In this document: positions 40,734-50,856 of the stretch, in pieces | How the letters are laid out: every line of letters starts with the position of its first letter | Position numbering within the stretch: the stretch's first letter is position 1 | Virus record (IMG/VR): IMGVR_UViG_3300034095_000254 | Origin: a virus | Reading direction: 5' to 3' (one strand) | DNA: 64,000 nt | The notes under the pieces: model-generated | Told to the model about the DNA's origin: nothing | Seen by the model: only the letters and a program-made list of their open reading frames with translations | Databases searched by the model: none | Translations under genes and position numbers: made by a program

Positions 40734-41113
40734 GAGCATGAACACTTTAGTTGATAGTCGTGGATTGCTGCACGAATTGCATCTTCTGCAAGTATGGAGC
40801 AGTGAATTTTAACTGGTGGTAGAGCAAGTTCTTCTGCAATGGCAGAATTTTTAATCTCCATTGCTTGATCCAAAGTTTTACCTTTGACCCATTCAGTGAC
40901 AAGTGAACTAGAAGCAATTGCTGAGCCACATCCGTATGTTTTAAATTTTGCATCGGTGATTATTCCATCTTCAACTTTAATTTGAAGTTTCATCACATCA
41001 CCGCATGCAGGTGCACCAACCATTCCAGTACCGACTGTTAGATCGTTTTTATCTAAAGAACCCACATTTCTTGGATTCTCGTAGTGATCAAGAACTTTGT
41101 CGGAGTAAGCCAT
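40730..41113 (-). CDS. iscU: Fe-S scaffold IscU
   Basis: YSDKVLDHYENPRNVG, GAPACGDVM, YGCGSAIASSS, LPPVKIHCS. Confidence 0.96.
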   Translation of the reverse strand: MAYSDKVLDHYENPRNVGSLDKNDLTVGTGMVGAPACGDVMKLQIKVEDGIITDAKFKTYGCGSAIASSSLVTEWVKGKTLDQAMEIKNSAIAEELALPPVKIHCSILAEDAIRAAIHDYQLKCSCS

Positions 41114-41229
41114 TACTTTTTAGCGATCAGTGTTTGAATTTTTTCTTGTATAATCTTAGCCCAGAAAGGTTGTGGAAAATTCCATCCAACAAATGCACCA
41201 AGTGCCACCCAAAATAGAGTATCTAACAT
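41113..41229 (-). CDS. 38-aa single-TM protein downstream of lysin
   Basis: MLDTLFWVALGAFVGWNFPQPFWAKIIQEKIQTLIAKK; AGGAG RBS; not in the ORF track. Confidence 0.7.
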   Translation of the reverse strand: MLDTLFWVALGAFVGWNFPQPFWAKIIQEKIQTLIAKK

Positions 41230-41244
41230 TTTAATTTCTCCTAG

Positions 41245-41865
41245 TTATGTGAGTAAATGTATTGCTTCATTATAATGTTTAATTCTGTCTTCAAGACCAA
41301 TATAACCACCATTGATTTTCTTGGTCATTAGTTTAATGTCACCAGCGTCTGCTTGAACATTTAACTTGTTTTTATTCCAGAACCAAATTGCTGACATCAA
41401 TGCGAAGTCACGATCGCTCGTAACCCAATCTGGATTATCAAATAGATTTTCCCAGTCTTCAAACATGTCTTTCGCAAATGCTCTGTAATTATCTTTTCCA
41501 GTCAACTGGATTGGTCCACGACCACGATACTTATATCCGTCACCTGATGATTCTGGTCCATTACCCATGCGACCACCATACACTTTATTGGCAATCATCT
41601 CTGGCTTGCGTGCGTAAGGTTGTGCTGATTCAAGTGTAGGGAAATACTTCTTGAAGATACCATTTAATCCCTGTGCGGAATAGTTTAGGTTTTCTTCGAA
41701 TACTGTCCAACCACCAGACTCATGACCACATTGAGCAAGGAATGCTGCAATACGATGTGGTGTGTTGATATCATATGTTGGGAATACATTATTCATCGAC
41801 TCTACCCAAGATGCTGGATCTTGCGCACGAGGAAATAAATGTTTAAATTGTTCTGCTGTAATCAT
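41245..41865 (-). CDS. Glycoside hydrolase family 19 endolysin
   Basis: FLAQCGHESGG, ENLNYS, DGYKYRGRGPIQLTGKDNY, TKKINGG. Confidence 0.93.
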   Translation of the reverse strand: MITAEQFKHLFPRAQDPASWVESMNNVFPTYDINTPHRIAAFLAQCGHESGGWTVFEENLNYSAQGLNGIFKKYFPTLESAQPYARKPEMIANKVYGGRMGNGPESSGDGYKYRGRGPIQLTGKDNYRAFAKDMFEDWENLFDNPDWVTSDRDFALMSAIWFWNKNKLNVQADAGDIKLMTKKINGGYIGLEDRIKHYNEAIHLLT

Positions 41866-42629
41866 TTGTTCTCCATATCTTCTATCTTTAATTTGGCAAG
41901 AATATAATCCTTAACCAAAGATGATCGAACGATATCGTCAGGAGTGAATTCAATCTTAGTGAAAGCACCCATATGCATAGCAATATCAAAGAATTTCAGA
42001 ATGCCAGACATATCGTTTCTTTTCTTATTTAGATCAGTCTGACGGTAATCTCCGCACCAGATGATCTTTGACATATGACCAACACGAGTCATAACTGTGT
42101 CAATTTCTTCGAATGTTAAATTCTGCATTTCATCAACGAGGATGATTGCATTATCAAAAGACATACCACGAATAAACGAAGTAGAGATAAACTCAATGTG
42201 GTGCTGTTCTGCTAATCTATCCCATGCGTCTTTGCGACCAAACAAAGTCTCGCAGATTTGACGATATGGTTGCTGATAGATTTCCATCTTCTCATTTACA
42301 TCTCCTGGAAGATGACCAATTTCACGAGATTGAACTGCAGAGCGAACTACAATAATCTTGCTGAATGGATTATTTTTATCAAGCACTTCTTCAATTGCTT
42401 TATAGAGAGCAATGAATGTCTTACCTGTTCCAGCGACACCATGAAGTGCCACAAAATAATCACCACGCTTGTATGCGTCAAAGAATTTCTTCTGATTGTC
42501 TGTTAGTGGCTGGAATGTCTTTAAGTTATCTAGTCTAATTCTTAATTGATTACTGGCAATGGGTTTCGTGTCACGCTCTTCATTATGATTAATGTCTATT
42601 ACTTTTTTAGCAGCTGATGTGCGAGCCAT
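41862..42629 (-). CDS. phoH: PhoH-family ATPase
   Basis: GVAGTGKT, IGHLPG, FIRGMSF, VDEMQN, GDYRQTD, DIVRS. Confidence 0.95.
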   Translation of the reverse strand: MARTSAAKKVIDINHNEERDTKPIASNQLRIRLDNLKTFQPLTDNQKKFFDAYKRGDYFVALHGVAGTGKTFIALYKAIEEVLDKNNPFSKIIVVRSAVQSREIGHLPGDVNEKMEIYQQPYRQICETLFGRKDAWDRLAEQHHIEFISTSFIRGMSFDNAIILVDEMQNLTFEEIDTVMTRVGHMSKIIWCGDYRQTDLNKKRNDMSGILKFFDIAMHMGAFTKIEFTPDDIVRSSLVKDYILAKLKIEDMENK

Positions 42630-42639
42630 TGATGATTCC

Positions 42640-42882
42640 TTAAATTTGGGATGATGTTTTATCTAATTGACTTCCTGGAGTTAGAGAATGAATTCTTTGT
42701 AGTACCTCCTTAAAACCTGTATCTTTTTTAAGAGTGATATGATCCCCAGCAAATGCAGGTGCACTTGTGATAATAGATTCTAATTGGGGATTGTCTAGTA
42801 GATATTGCTCTCGAGCAGCAATGCGCATGATCTCATCGTGTATTTCGCCTGTTTCTCTATTTCTAAAACTATATGTTGGCAT
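42640..42882 (-). CDS. FmdB-like small protein
   Basis: MPTYSF N-terminus, GFKEVLQRI; next to phoH. Confidence 0.6.
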   Translation of the reverse strand: MPTYSFRNRETGEIHDEIMRIAAREQYLLDNPQLESIITSAPAFAGDHITLKKDTGFKEVLQRIHSLTPGSQLDKTSSQI

Positions 42883-42899
42883 AATTTCTCCTCACAACT

Positions 42900-43547
42900 C
42901 TATTTAGTGGCAGATTTCTTTCTATTACAGTAAATATTGCCTGCAACGGAGATTCTGTATTCGTCAGATGTAAAAAATGGATAAACACAGTGCATTAACT
43001 TGGATGGGAACAACATTAATGTGTTTTCGTAACTTTCGTCAACTGGAACATAGTGATTACTGATGCCACCAAGAATTCCAGTGTAAGAAAACTGGAAATG
43101 ACCTGGAACATTGTTATTTGAGTTGATTCCTGGAGATGCAGCCAACTCATCTCTCATTTTAAATGGAACTTTCGTGTAAATAACAAAAGACATGAACCCA
43201 TCATGGTTATGTAGTGGATTAAATTCATTCTTTGCTTGAAAATTGACCCAGAGAGAGTTTAAACTGAAATCTACTTCTTCTCTTGTAAGAAATGAGTCTT
43301 TAAGGAAGTTAAAAAACTCAACATAATCTTCAACATGTGGTAAAATCAGCTTTTCTGCGTGTGCCATTGATTTTGGCAGTGCAAATTCTCTTTTTAGATT
43401 GCCACTGAGACGAGTATTCCACTGTTGTGGTTGATGCATGTCAAAATCTGCTTGAATTTCATCAATCTCATCACGAATTGGTTGTAATTCTTTGTTCGTA
43501 AAGACATGCTCGATAAATCCGTAGTTATTAAATGTATTTAAACTCAT
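42900..43547 (-). CDS. Putative 2OG-Fe(II) oxygenase
   Basis: WVNFQAKNEFNPLHNH, FPSKLMHCVYPF, RISVAGN. Confidence 0.85.
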   Translation of the reverse strand: MSLNTFNNYGFIEHVFTNKELQPIRDEIDEIQADFDMHQPQQWNTRLSGNLKREFALPKSMAHAEKLILPHVEDYVEFFNFLKDSFLTREEVDFSLNSLWVNFQAKNEFNPLHNHDGFMSFVIYTKVPFKMRDELAASPGINSNNNVPGHFQFSYTGILGGISNHYVPVDESYENTLMLFPSKLMHCVYPFFTSDEYRISVAGNIYCNRKKSATK

Positions 43548-44158
43548 TATGCTGGAACCATCCTAAATTTTATTCTATCGTTTTGTTTTTGATACACTGC
43601 TTTGTGGTTTCTATCTTTCCACTCACAAACATACCACTCTGGAATTGGTCTATTCGTCCAAACAGCAAATGGTTGCTTATCATTAATGTAATAATTGTGA
43701 TATGCTTGAATAGAATTCGTTGGAACTTTATAATCTTCAGGCATACACTGTGGCATTGGAGTCATATCTCCATTTTTTATATTAGTTGGTAAAATATCAA
43801 GGAAAGGAATTAATCTTTCCGCAACATGATGCTTACCATAACGAAAAGTATATTCTTGCATGAGATCTCGCCAGAGAGAATATAACCACATGTAGTTGGC
43901 AGATGTCTCACGACACCAGATACCAGATGGATGTTTCATGTGTGATGCAAGATACAAATTATCTTCACGATCATCATCTAATTTCCATCTCATGGCTTTG
44001 CGACCTGAAATAGACTTACCTTCATACTCATAGCCATCGAGTAAACGATGAGCAGTGGAAAGAAGTTGTGCATATTCTAGAATCATCTTAACGACATGTT
44101 TGTCAAGATGTTGCCTTGCACATTCTGTAGTATTTTCGTGAAGATAAAAGATATTCAT
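43547..44158 (-). CDS. Pyrimidine-dimer glycosylase (DenV)-like family protein
   Basis: MNIFYL...DKHVVKMILEYAQLLSTAH, HPS.IW, EYTFRYGKHH. Confidence 0.7.
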   Translation of the reverse strand: MNIFYLHENTTECARQHLDKHVVKMILEYAQLLSTAHRLLDGYEYEGKSISGRKAMRWKLDDDREDNLYLASHMKHPSGIWCRETSANYMWLYSLWRDLMQEYTFRYGKHHVAERLIPFLDILPTNIKNGDMTPMPQCMPEDYKVPTNSIQAYHNYYINDKQPFAVWTNRPIPEWYVCEWKDRNHKAVYQKQNDRIKFRMVPA

Positions 44159-44901
44159 ATTTTATATTGTCTAACTCTTTCAAGAGCAGGAATGGATACA
44201 GAATCAACACTATCTACAAAATATACTAATGTGAGTCGAGAACCTGTTCCAGTTTGGAAATTATTTGCAGCATGCCATTCATTAGCGTCAAAAGAAATTA
44301 ATCTATTATAAATGTTTTTAACATGAACAGTTTCATCAAACTGAGAATTAAATTCATTTAATCTTTTGCTATAATATTCTAAATCAATTTGTTTATCATT
44401 ATATAAATCTTCTTTGGCATCTTGTTTATTAGACGAATATGTTTTCTTGTCGTTTTTATAAAAGTCAATTCTTTCAGATTGTTCATCTAGTAGTAGTGCA
44501 GTTTCAATTTCTGCTGTTTTTGGTTTAAACAAAGATGTTCCAGTATCAGGATCTGCATCGGGTGTTAGATAAAGAATTCCAGCTAAAAGTTTATTATGGT
44601 CTGTGTGAATCCATCCACGATTAAAAGTGTGTTGTTTATCGTCATCAAATGGTTCTATTAACTGAAAATGCGCAGTTAGTTTCCATTCAACTCTATTTAA
44701 AAAATCATAGTGTAAAGAGAAAAACTTTTTACACAAATATTCAAATAACTCTGGATCACATTGATTCAATGACAATGTTCTTTTTCCTGGCCATGTGCCA
44801 TCGGTTGGATGAAAGTCTAACTTTAGTGCTCTATTACGAACATAATCTGGACTTTCCAGAAAATTATCAACTACTATCGTTGGGAATAATTTAACTATCA
44901 T
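44155..44901 (-). CDS. 2OG-Fe(II) oxygenase-like protein
   Basis: VVDNF, WPGKRT, WIHTD, LYLTP, NRLISFD...WHAA, RLTLVYF. Confidence 0.8.
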   Translation of the reverse strand: MIVKLFPTIVVDNFLESPDYVRNRALKLDFHPTDGTWPGKRTLSLNQCDPELFEYLCKKFFSLHYDFLNRVEWKLTAHFQLIEPFDDDKQHTFNRGWIHTDHNKLLAGILYLTPDADPDTGTSLFKPKTAEIETALLLDEQSERIDFYKNDKKTYSSNKQDAKEDLYNDKQIDLEYYSKRLNEFNSQFDETVHVKNIYNRLISFDANEWHAANNFQTGTGSRLTLVYFVDSVDSVSIPALERVRQYKI

Positions 44902-45185
44902 ATAATCATCCTTATCAATCCAAAGGTGTCTATAGCAGTGAGCAAGATGTAGTTAGCCAACATGCCAAATGATTTCCGAGTATAACTAGCCCAAGCATAA
45001 AGAGCACAGCCACTAATCCAGACAGGATATAGTAGAAGTAGAGGAGGATTGGGAACTGTGACTGCCATCGTAATACTACAACCAATAGAAATAGCCCAAG
45101 CGAGCAACTCAATAGCAAACCTAAAGGGATTAGAATTCCAGTCATCTTTTATCCATTGTAATGTTGGTCCAAAAATGTCAAGCAT
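44898..45185 (-). CDS. Small multi-TM membrane protein
   Basis: Three hydrophobic segments. Confidence 0.65.
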   Translation of the reverse strand: MLDIFGPTLQWIKDDWNSNPFRFAIELLAWAISIGCSITMAVTVPNPPLLLLYPVWISGCALYAWASYTRKSFGMLANYILLTAIDTFGLIRMII

Positions 45186-45702
45186 AAGAACCCATAGAAT
45201 CCCATCCAAATTTTAATGCGTGCAATCCATTGATACCACGAATGGTATCATGAATTTGTTGGATAGACTCAGTAGATTTTGTGTGAAGGATACCATGTCC
45301 ACCTTTAACATTGAATGGGTTGATGCATCCTGGAGAATCATCAACTAAAATTGCTCTATCATGAGCAAATTTTGATTTTTCTTCTTTGGAACGAACAAAA
45401 TTGGCTTTGTATGGAATGTTCCACTTGTCTAACCACTTTTGTTTTTGTGATTTTGCTGCATTTCCTTGCTGAACATCAAAAGTACCCATTGAAGTCAGAA
45501 TTTCAATGTTGATTTTATCAAGTTTACTGACATAAGTCAACAATTCTTGCGTATCTGGCATAAATTCCAGATCTTCGAAGATGTGATAGTCCATAACAGC
45601 TGCACGGAATCGTTTTCCGTCAGTTGCATGTGTGCGTAAAGAGCGATATGCCTTGTCAAAATTGCAAAGCACACCATCCATATCTAAGTATAATGTAATC
45701 AT
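45178..45702 (-). CDS. HAD-family 5'(3')-deoxyribonucleotidase (probably leaderless)
   Basis: YLDMDGVLCNF, ILTS, LVDD; ATG 6 nt after TATAAT. Confidence 0.85.
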   Translation of the reverse strand: MITLYLDMDGVLCNFDKAYRSLRTHATDGKRFRAAVMDYHIFEDLEFMPDTQELLTYVSKLDKINIEILTSMGTFDVQQGNAAKSQKQKWLDKWNIPYKANFVRSKEEKSKFAHDRAILVDDSPGCINPFNVKGGHGILHTKSTESIQQIHDTIRGINGLHALKFGWDSMGSYA

Positions 45703-45728
45703 AATGTAATTATACCTCAAAACTCAAT

Positions 45729-46094
45729 TTAAGGCAACTTCTTTTTTGTAAATTTGGATAAATCAGGCTCTTTCCAACCTTCAGGCTTCAAAATCTTGCC
45801 ATCTTCTCGTCTTGTAACCTTGCGAGTAACTGGATCAACCTTCGCCATGTTGCTTCGAAGCACTTCATCCCATGCACCTTGCACATCATAACCCTTCATG
45901 TGACAAAACCCAAGCGTAACCCAGATTAAATCCATGCATCCATCAAGCATTTCGGTCTCATCACGATTCCAATGAGCATCAATGAACTCTTTGAACTCTT
46001 CTTCCATGAGAGATTTGTATAATGCAGCATTTTCAGGTGATGGTTTCTGATCACATGCTTGTTGAAACATTAAAACATCAAGTGGCATTCCCAT
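45729..46094 (-). CDS. MazG-like NTP pyrophosphohydrolase
   Basis: EEFKE..., DGCMDLIWV, EVLRSNMAK, DGKILKP. Confidence 0.85.
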   Translation of the reverse strand: MGMPLDVLMFQQACDQKPSPENAALYKSLMEEEFKEFIDAHWNRDETEMLDGCMDLIWVTLGFCHMKGYDVQGAWDEVLRSNMAKVDPVTRKVTRREDGKILKPEGWKEPDLSKFTKKKLP

Positions 46095-46501
46095 TATTTG
46101 TTCCTTTCGGTGTCGAAGTAGTGGTGTGATTTACCAATGGGTAAATCTTGTGCTTCATATAACTCTGGATAATCTTCCATAGTAGAACCACCACCATGGT
46201 CAGAATATTCTTCAACAACATAATCTAATGTCCCTGGAGGTGGCATGTAACCACAACCACGAATAAACAAGTCAGCGTGTTCCAGAATATCGTTCATACT
46301 ATCAACTTGAAACTCATATGTTACTTTAGTACCATCTGGTTTTCCGTAAAGATTCGTGTGTTCTCCAATAAAGGTAAATTTTGGCATTAGTCTTGCTCCT
46401 GTATTGACCATTTTAATTGTTTAATTTCTTCTTTTAAATTTGAGTTTTCATACTCAAGATCGTTGACTCTTTGAATTAAGGTAAGAATTGCTTCTTCCTT
46501 A

Positions 46502-46702
46502 TCATTCAGTGGGATTAGTTGATGGTTCATTTTCTTTTTTCTTTATTGACCAAGTGCCATTTTTATTATCTATCCACTCGAGTGTATCGCCAATCTTCCA
46601 ACCAGCACTCTCCATGATTTCATCTGTAAGAGGAAGAACTAAATCTCCACTCCCATCATCTGCTGTTTCAACTGTAATTGTCCAGTGTGTGGGTTTACTC
46701 AT
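46502..46702 (-). CDS. AbrB/MazE-like small DNA-binding protein
   Basis: DLVLPLTDEIMESAGWKIGDTLEW. Confidence 0.6.
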   Translation of the reverse strand: MSKPTHWTITVETADDGSGDLVLPLTDEIMESAGWKIGDTLEWIDNKNGTWSIKKKENEPSTNPTE

Positions 46703-47031
46703 AGTTAATCTCCAACCAGTTAGTTTCTTCTGGTAATACTTCAATTGTAATATTATTGGCAAGTGCTTTGGTTACCATATTCTCAAGAACACCATAACCA
46801 TAACTGCTTGCACCATAAGATGCTTTATGACAAGCATAGGTAGAGCCACTGCTTCCGTCAAACATGAAGCAATGACTCTCTTCATATGCTCTTGTAATGC
46901 CACTATTGAGTTTCCAAGAATCTGAACCAAGATAACCACCATACCAACAAGCAAACACTTTATGGACTGGTGGAGTATCTGGTCCAGTGATCTTAACAAT
47001 CAACCATTTGTCTGGATTGTAATCACTCATA

Positions 47032-47940
47032 CTAAACCTCTACGAATTTAAGTTCGAAACGATCTGCTCGATCTTCGTAGTTGATGTAGCCACGAGGATT
47101 ACAAACAACACGACAACTAACAAGCATGTAGTCGAAGTCTTCATGAGTGTGACCATGAGTCCAGAGTTTAATTCCTGGACGATCCATAATGAATTGATCC
47201 AAACGAGAATTGTATGCACCATTCATCAGTTGATCATGCTTGTAACGAGGATGCTCGGAATTCTTGCTTGGAGCATGATGTCCAACAACAACAGTCGTCA
47301 TCCATGGAGGAGTAGCTTCATAGGTATCCTCGATAAACTTTAACATTGCTTTGTGGTCTTCCACTGCATCCTGCGGAGACAAATATGCTTCACGAGTCTT
47401 GAAGACGGCATGATACATACCAGCACCATTTTCATGTTTCTTATGTTCACCATTCTCATCAAGAGTTGGTTCCTCTGTTCTGAAGTTTACAGTCCGTAGA
47501 CTATTCTTGCAGATCTGAAAGTCATTCATCCGACGAGAAACATGATTCATGGTCATCTCATCTTCACCATTCATATCAGTCCAAAGAGTGCCACCGATAA
47601 AACGATGATCACCATGATCCCAAACTTCCTTGTCAAGAACATGAATGTTCTCTAGGTGCTTTAGTGCATCTTTCAGATAGCCGATAGAAGTAGCATAGTC
47701 ACCATGGTAATGCTCGTGATTACCCATAACATAAACCACATGAGGAAAGTTACGAGAGCAAGCAGTAAAAAACTCAAGATACCTATCAGTTTTAGCAGAA
47801 GATAAAATACTGTCGGTAACACGAAGGTCAACAGCAGTACAAATATCACCAGATAAAATAAGGACTTCAGCATTCTGTGTGTTCTGTAGATCCAGTTGTC
47901 CGAATTCTAGATGGACATCTGAGCATATTGCGATTTTCAT
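47032..47940 (-). CDS. Calcineurin-like metallophosphoesterase
   Basis: SDVHLE, LSGDI, GNHEHY, HHAP, HGHTH, NPRGY. Confidence 0.92.
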   Translation of the reverse strand: MKIAICSDVHLEFGQLDLQNTQNAEVLILSGDICTAVDLRVTDSILSSAKTDRYLEFFTACSRNFPHVVYVMGNHEHYHGDYATSIGYLKDALKHLENIHVLDKEVWDHGDHRFIGGTLWTDMNGEDEMTMNHVSRRMNDFQICKNSLRTVNFRTEEPTLDENGEHKKHENGAGMYHAVFKTREAYLSPQDAVEDHKAMLKFIEDTYEATPPWMTTVVVGHHAPSKNSEHPRYKHDQLMNGAYNSRLDQFIMDRPGIKLWTHGHTHEDFDYMLVSCRVVCNPRGYINYEDRADRFELKFVEV

Positions 47941-48166
47941 TAGTGTACCTTTTCATTTTTCTGCATCGGAGGATCTCGACTAATACTACTGAGTAGTTTT
48001 AAAAAGTCTTCAGTGGATCCTGCTTCTTTGTTTAGAACCATTGCTCGAGCCATCAAAATTGCAGCAAGAGATAATGGAGTTATTTCGTATCTTGATAAGA
48101 GTGTTGTTATGTAGCTGTCAACACCTCGTGATATTTCAATTAGGTTTTCATCTGTCATTTATTTTC

Positions 48167-48757
48167 TCACTTAAATGGTGTTCCGTTAATCCAGCCCACC
48201 AATGAGTGGCGAGTTCCTTTGGTAACTTCTGTTACTCTGTGTAATGTATAACTTGGAAATACCAGCAATGTACCTTGTGTTCTAGATAACTTTGTTGGGA
48301 ATTCACTATCAATAATTTCAAAGTCTCCACCTTCATAAGAAGATGGATCGCTTAACTGAACAACAATGGATAACTTACGAATCACTCCACCGCTAATCTG
48401 ATCAATGTGTGCATTGTATTTTCCACTTGGTGCTTTGTATTCTGTGAACTGTAAAGATTCTCCAAAAGCAAACAAATCAAATTTAAAGAATTCGGCATTT
48501 ACATTATTAACATAGTCAGTTAGTTTCTGGTATACCCATCTCATTGAGTCATTTGGTTTCATAAAGAAAATATTTGAATTTCTATATTCTTTATCCAAAG
48601 TATTTACAGTTCCACTGAAAAATTCATCCCTATGTTTTTCTGTAATGTTCTTTATGATGTAATCACACTCGGATACACTAAATGCATTTTCAATAAAGGC
48701 ATATCTGTTTACATGGTCTGTTTGTAATGCCCAAGATGAACTAAATTCTTCGTTCAT
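48167..48757 (-). CDS. 2OG-Fe(II) oxygenase (PKHD type)
   Basis: HID, RKLSIVVQLSDP..YEGG, FPSYTLHRV..VTKGTRHSLVGW. Confidence 0.92.
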   Translation of the reverse strand: MNEEFSSSWALQTDHVNRYAFIENAFSVSECDYIIKNITEKHRDEFFSGTVNTLDKEYRNSNIFFMKPNDSMRWVYQKLTDYVNNVNAEFFKFDLFAFGESLQFTEYKAPSGKYNAHIDQISGGVIRKLSIVVQLSDPSSYEGGDFEIIDSEFPTKLSRTQGTLLVFPSYTLHRVTEVTKGTRHSLVGWINGTPFK

Positions 48758-48970
48758 TGGTTTTCCTTTTTATAGGGATTGTCTGGATTCCTTGCTTGAA
48801 ACTTTGGAATCTCAGTCATACAGTACTGCTCACCTCGTAGACCAATATAGAACTTACAGGGATTACCGATAAGATTATTGGAAGCACTATTATCAATGTA
48901 GACATTCTCAACCTTCGTGAAGTGTCCACACCCTGTTATGCTTAGTCCCACTATTATGGGGATCCAAAAT

Positions 48971-49222
48971 TTAGCCACCGTAATATCCAATCAATAAATT
49001 CATTGCACGGATTAGTGTTCCGTTATTCACGACATCATCAGGATGCATCCAATAACCATCTGGATTCAACTCATCCTTGGGATTCTCATTCCACTGGTCC
49101 AACTCGCTCTGGAGATAATCTCTAGAGTCAATTAAAGATGCCAGTGTAATGCCATGCCCAACTTCATAGGGAATAGTCAATCCACCAGTAGGATACAAAT
49201 GTTCATTTTCAGTTTTTATCAT
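48971..49222 (-). CDS. Hypothetical protein (probably leaderless)
   Basis: ATG 6 nt after TATAAT of TTGTCT-17-TATAAT. Confidence 0.6.
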   Translation of the reverse strand: MIKTENEHLYPTGGLTIPYEVGHGITLASLIDSRDYLQSELDQWNENPKDELNPDGYWMHPDDVVNNGTLIRAMNLLIGYYGG

Positions 49223-49325
49223 AATACTATTATACTCCAATCAATCTTGCAAGACAAGCATTAATATGCAAGATGTATAAACACTAAAACAATCAATAAC
49301 ACTATTACAATTGCATCTGCAGTTC

Positions 49326-49667
49326 TCATCGACTTACCCTCAGTTCTGCTTCTGGATTCGTTAGACAAGCATTATAGTATTGTTTCACAAATTCCACGAG
49401 ACCATCATATTCACCCCATCCGTTCTCTGGATTATATCTCTTATATTCCTCGGGAGAGCAAATTAACTTAACCATCCCTTCATGCAGTAACGAAGCAATA
49501 TCGCTGGCAGTGTAATAACCATGCTCGTCTGGTCGCCATAGAACCTCATAGAGAGTCTTACCATTCTCTAGTTTAACTGCTCCAGCCATCTTCCCAAGAT
49601 TGTGAGTGATATTCATAGAGAAGATACTCGTGGGTTGTATAACCATTAAATCAACATCAAGACTCAT
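49326..49667 (-). CDS. Hypothetical phage protein
   Basis: NITHNLGKMA, YNPENGWG.Y. Confidence 0.7.
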   Translation of the reverse strand: MSLDVDLMVIQPTSIFSMNITHNLGKMAGAVKLENGKTLYEVLWRPDEHGYYTASDIASLLHEGMVKLICSPEEYKRYNPENGWGEYDGLVEFVKQYYNACLTNPEAELRVSR

Positions 49668-50406
49668 TTTTAATATCTTTCTTCTGTGCCTGTCGTTCAG
49701 ACTTCCAAAACACTCTCTTCCAATCTCTTAGATGTTTCCACCATTGGGGAGGAGATGTAAGATTACCCTTCTTTACATTGGCCATACTAACTCCATGATA
49801 ATAATTATTGCCATTGCAATTAGACTAGTCATTCTTCTTCCTGTAGGTCAGAGTACAACCATTCCAAATACATGAGTGCTTTCTCTAGATAGTGTCGCTG
49901 GTCTTCGGATCCATTCGTTTCAATGGCTTCCTTAATGTCGTATAGACAGTTCTCGCAGTGACCAACAGTTGTAGCCATTTCGTTTGATTTAATCATTTTG
50001 TGAATTGTTTCATCCATGCTGTTAGTATATCTCTGGCTTCTACCTTAGAGAGATCAAATCGATCCTGCAGATAAGCACCAGCCCCATACATGTTAGTCAC
50101 ACCTGATTCTCTAAGTGCGTCTAGATACTGATAATATTCGTTCATAGATTTTCCTTTGCTACCACTAGCCATAACAATCAATTCTTGTCCAATACACATG
50201 CCGTTCATATGCAACCTTTCATAGTGAAATTTTTCTCGGGAATTTTTTTGCAGCAATCTGATTTCCAACACTGCAACCCTATAGAGATTATACCCTAATA
50301 TCGAATTAAAGACAAGGATGTAATTATGATGTGCCTAAACCCTCCGCATAGCCCATCGGGTAGGAGTCCCTGTGTTATATTTTATGTCCCCTAATCCCTC
50401 TACAGA

Positions 50407-50556
50407 TTACAACTGTTTCATCTTCTCAGATCCAAAGTACATCAGTGCCAGTCCTACTGCTGCTATACCCATTAGTGCCAACAGTGAATTCTCTGGCTCT
50501 TCCATACCACCAACTGCACCCATTACTATTACTAGTCCCACGATAAATCTAATCAT
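50407..50556 (-). CDS. 49-aa two-TM protein
   Basis: MIRFIVGLVIVMGAVGGMEEPENSLLALMGIAAVGLALMYFG...; AAGGA RBS. Confidence 0.6.
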   Translation of the reverse strand: MIRFIVGLVIVMGAVGGMEEPENSLLALMGIAAVGLALMYFGSEKMKQL

Positions 50557-50856
50557 TTTCAAGTCCTTTAAATTATTTGCAAGAAATTAACAGAGTTTTG
50601 AATTGAAGTTGCTCGCTGCCGTCTGGATGGCGAATGACTACACATCGTTCGGCACCAGCAGCACCATTGCGAAGGATTTTAACACGATTACCAGTTATTT
50701 TGTCAATAGCGAACATTTTATATCCCTTTATTGTTGTAAGCTGCAATCATTGTTGTCAACGATTCTTTTACTATTACTACTAACTCTGCCAGTAGATGCC
50801 CCACCTCAGTAGGGAATGCTACTACTATTACTGCCACGAGTATCCACTTTAACATA

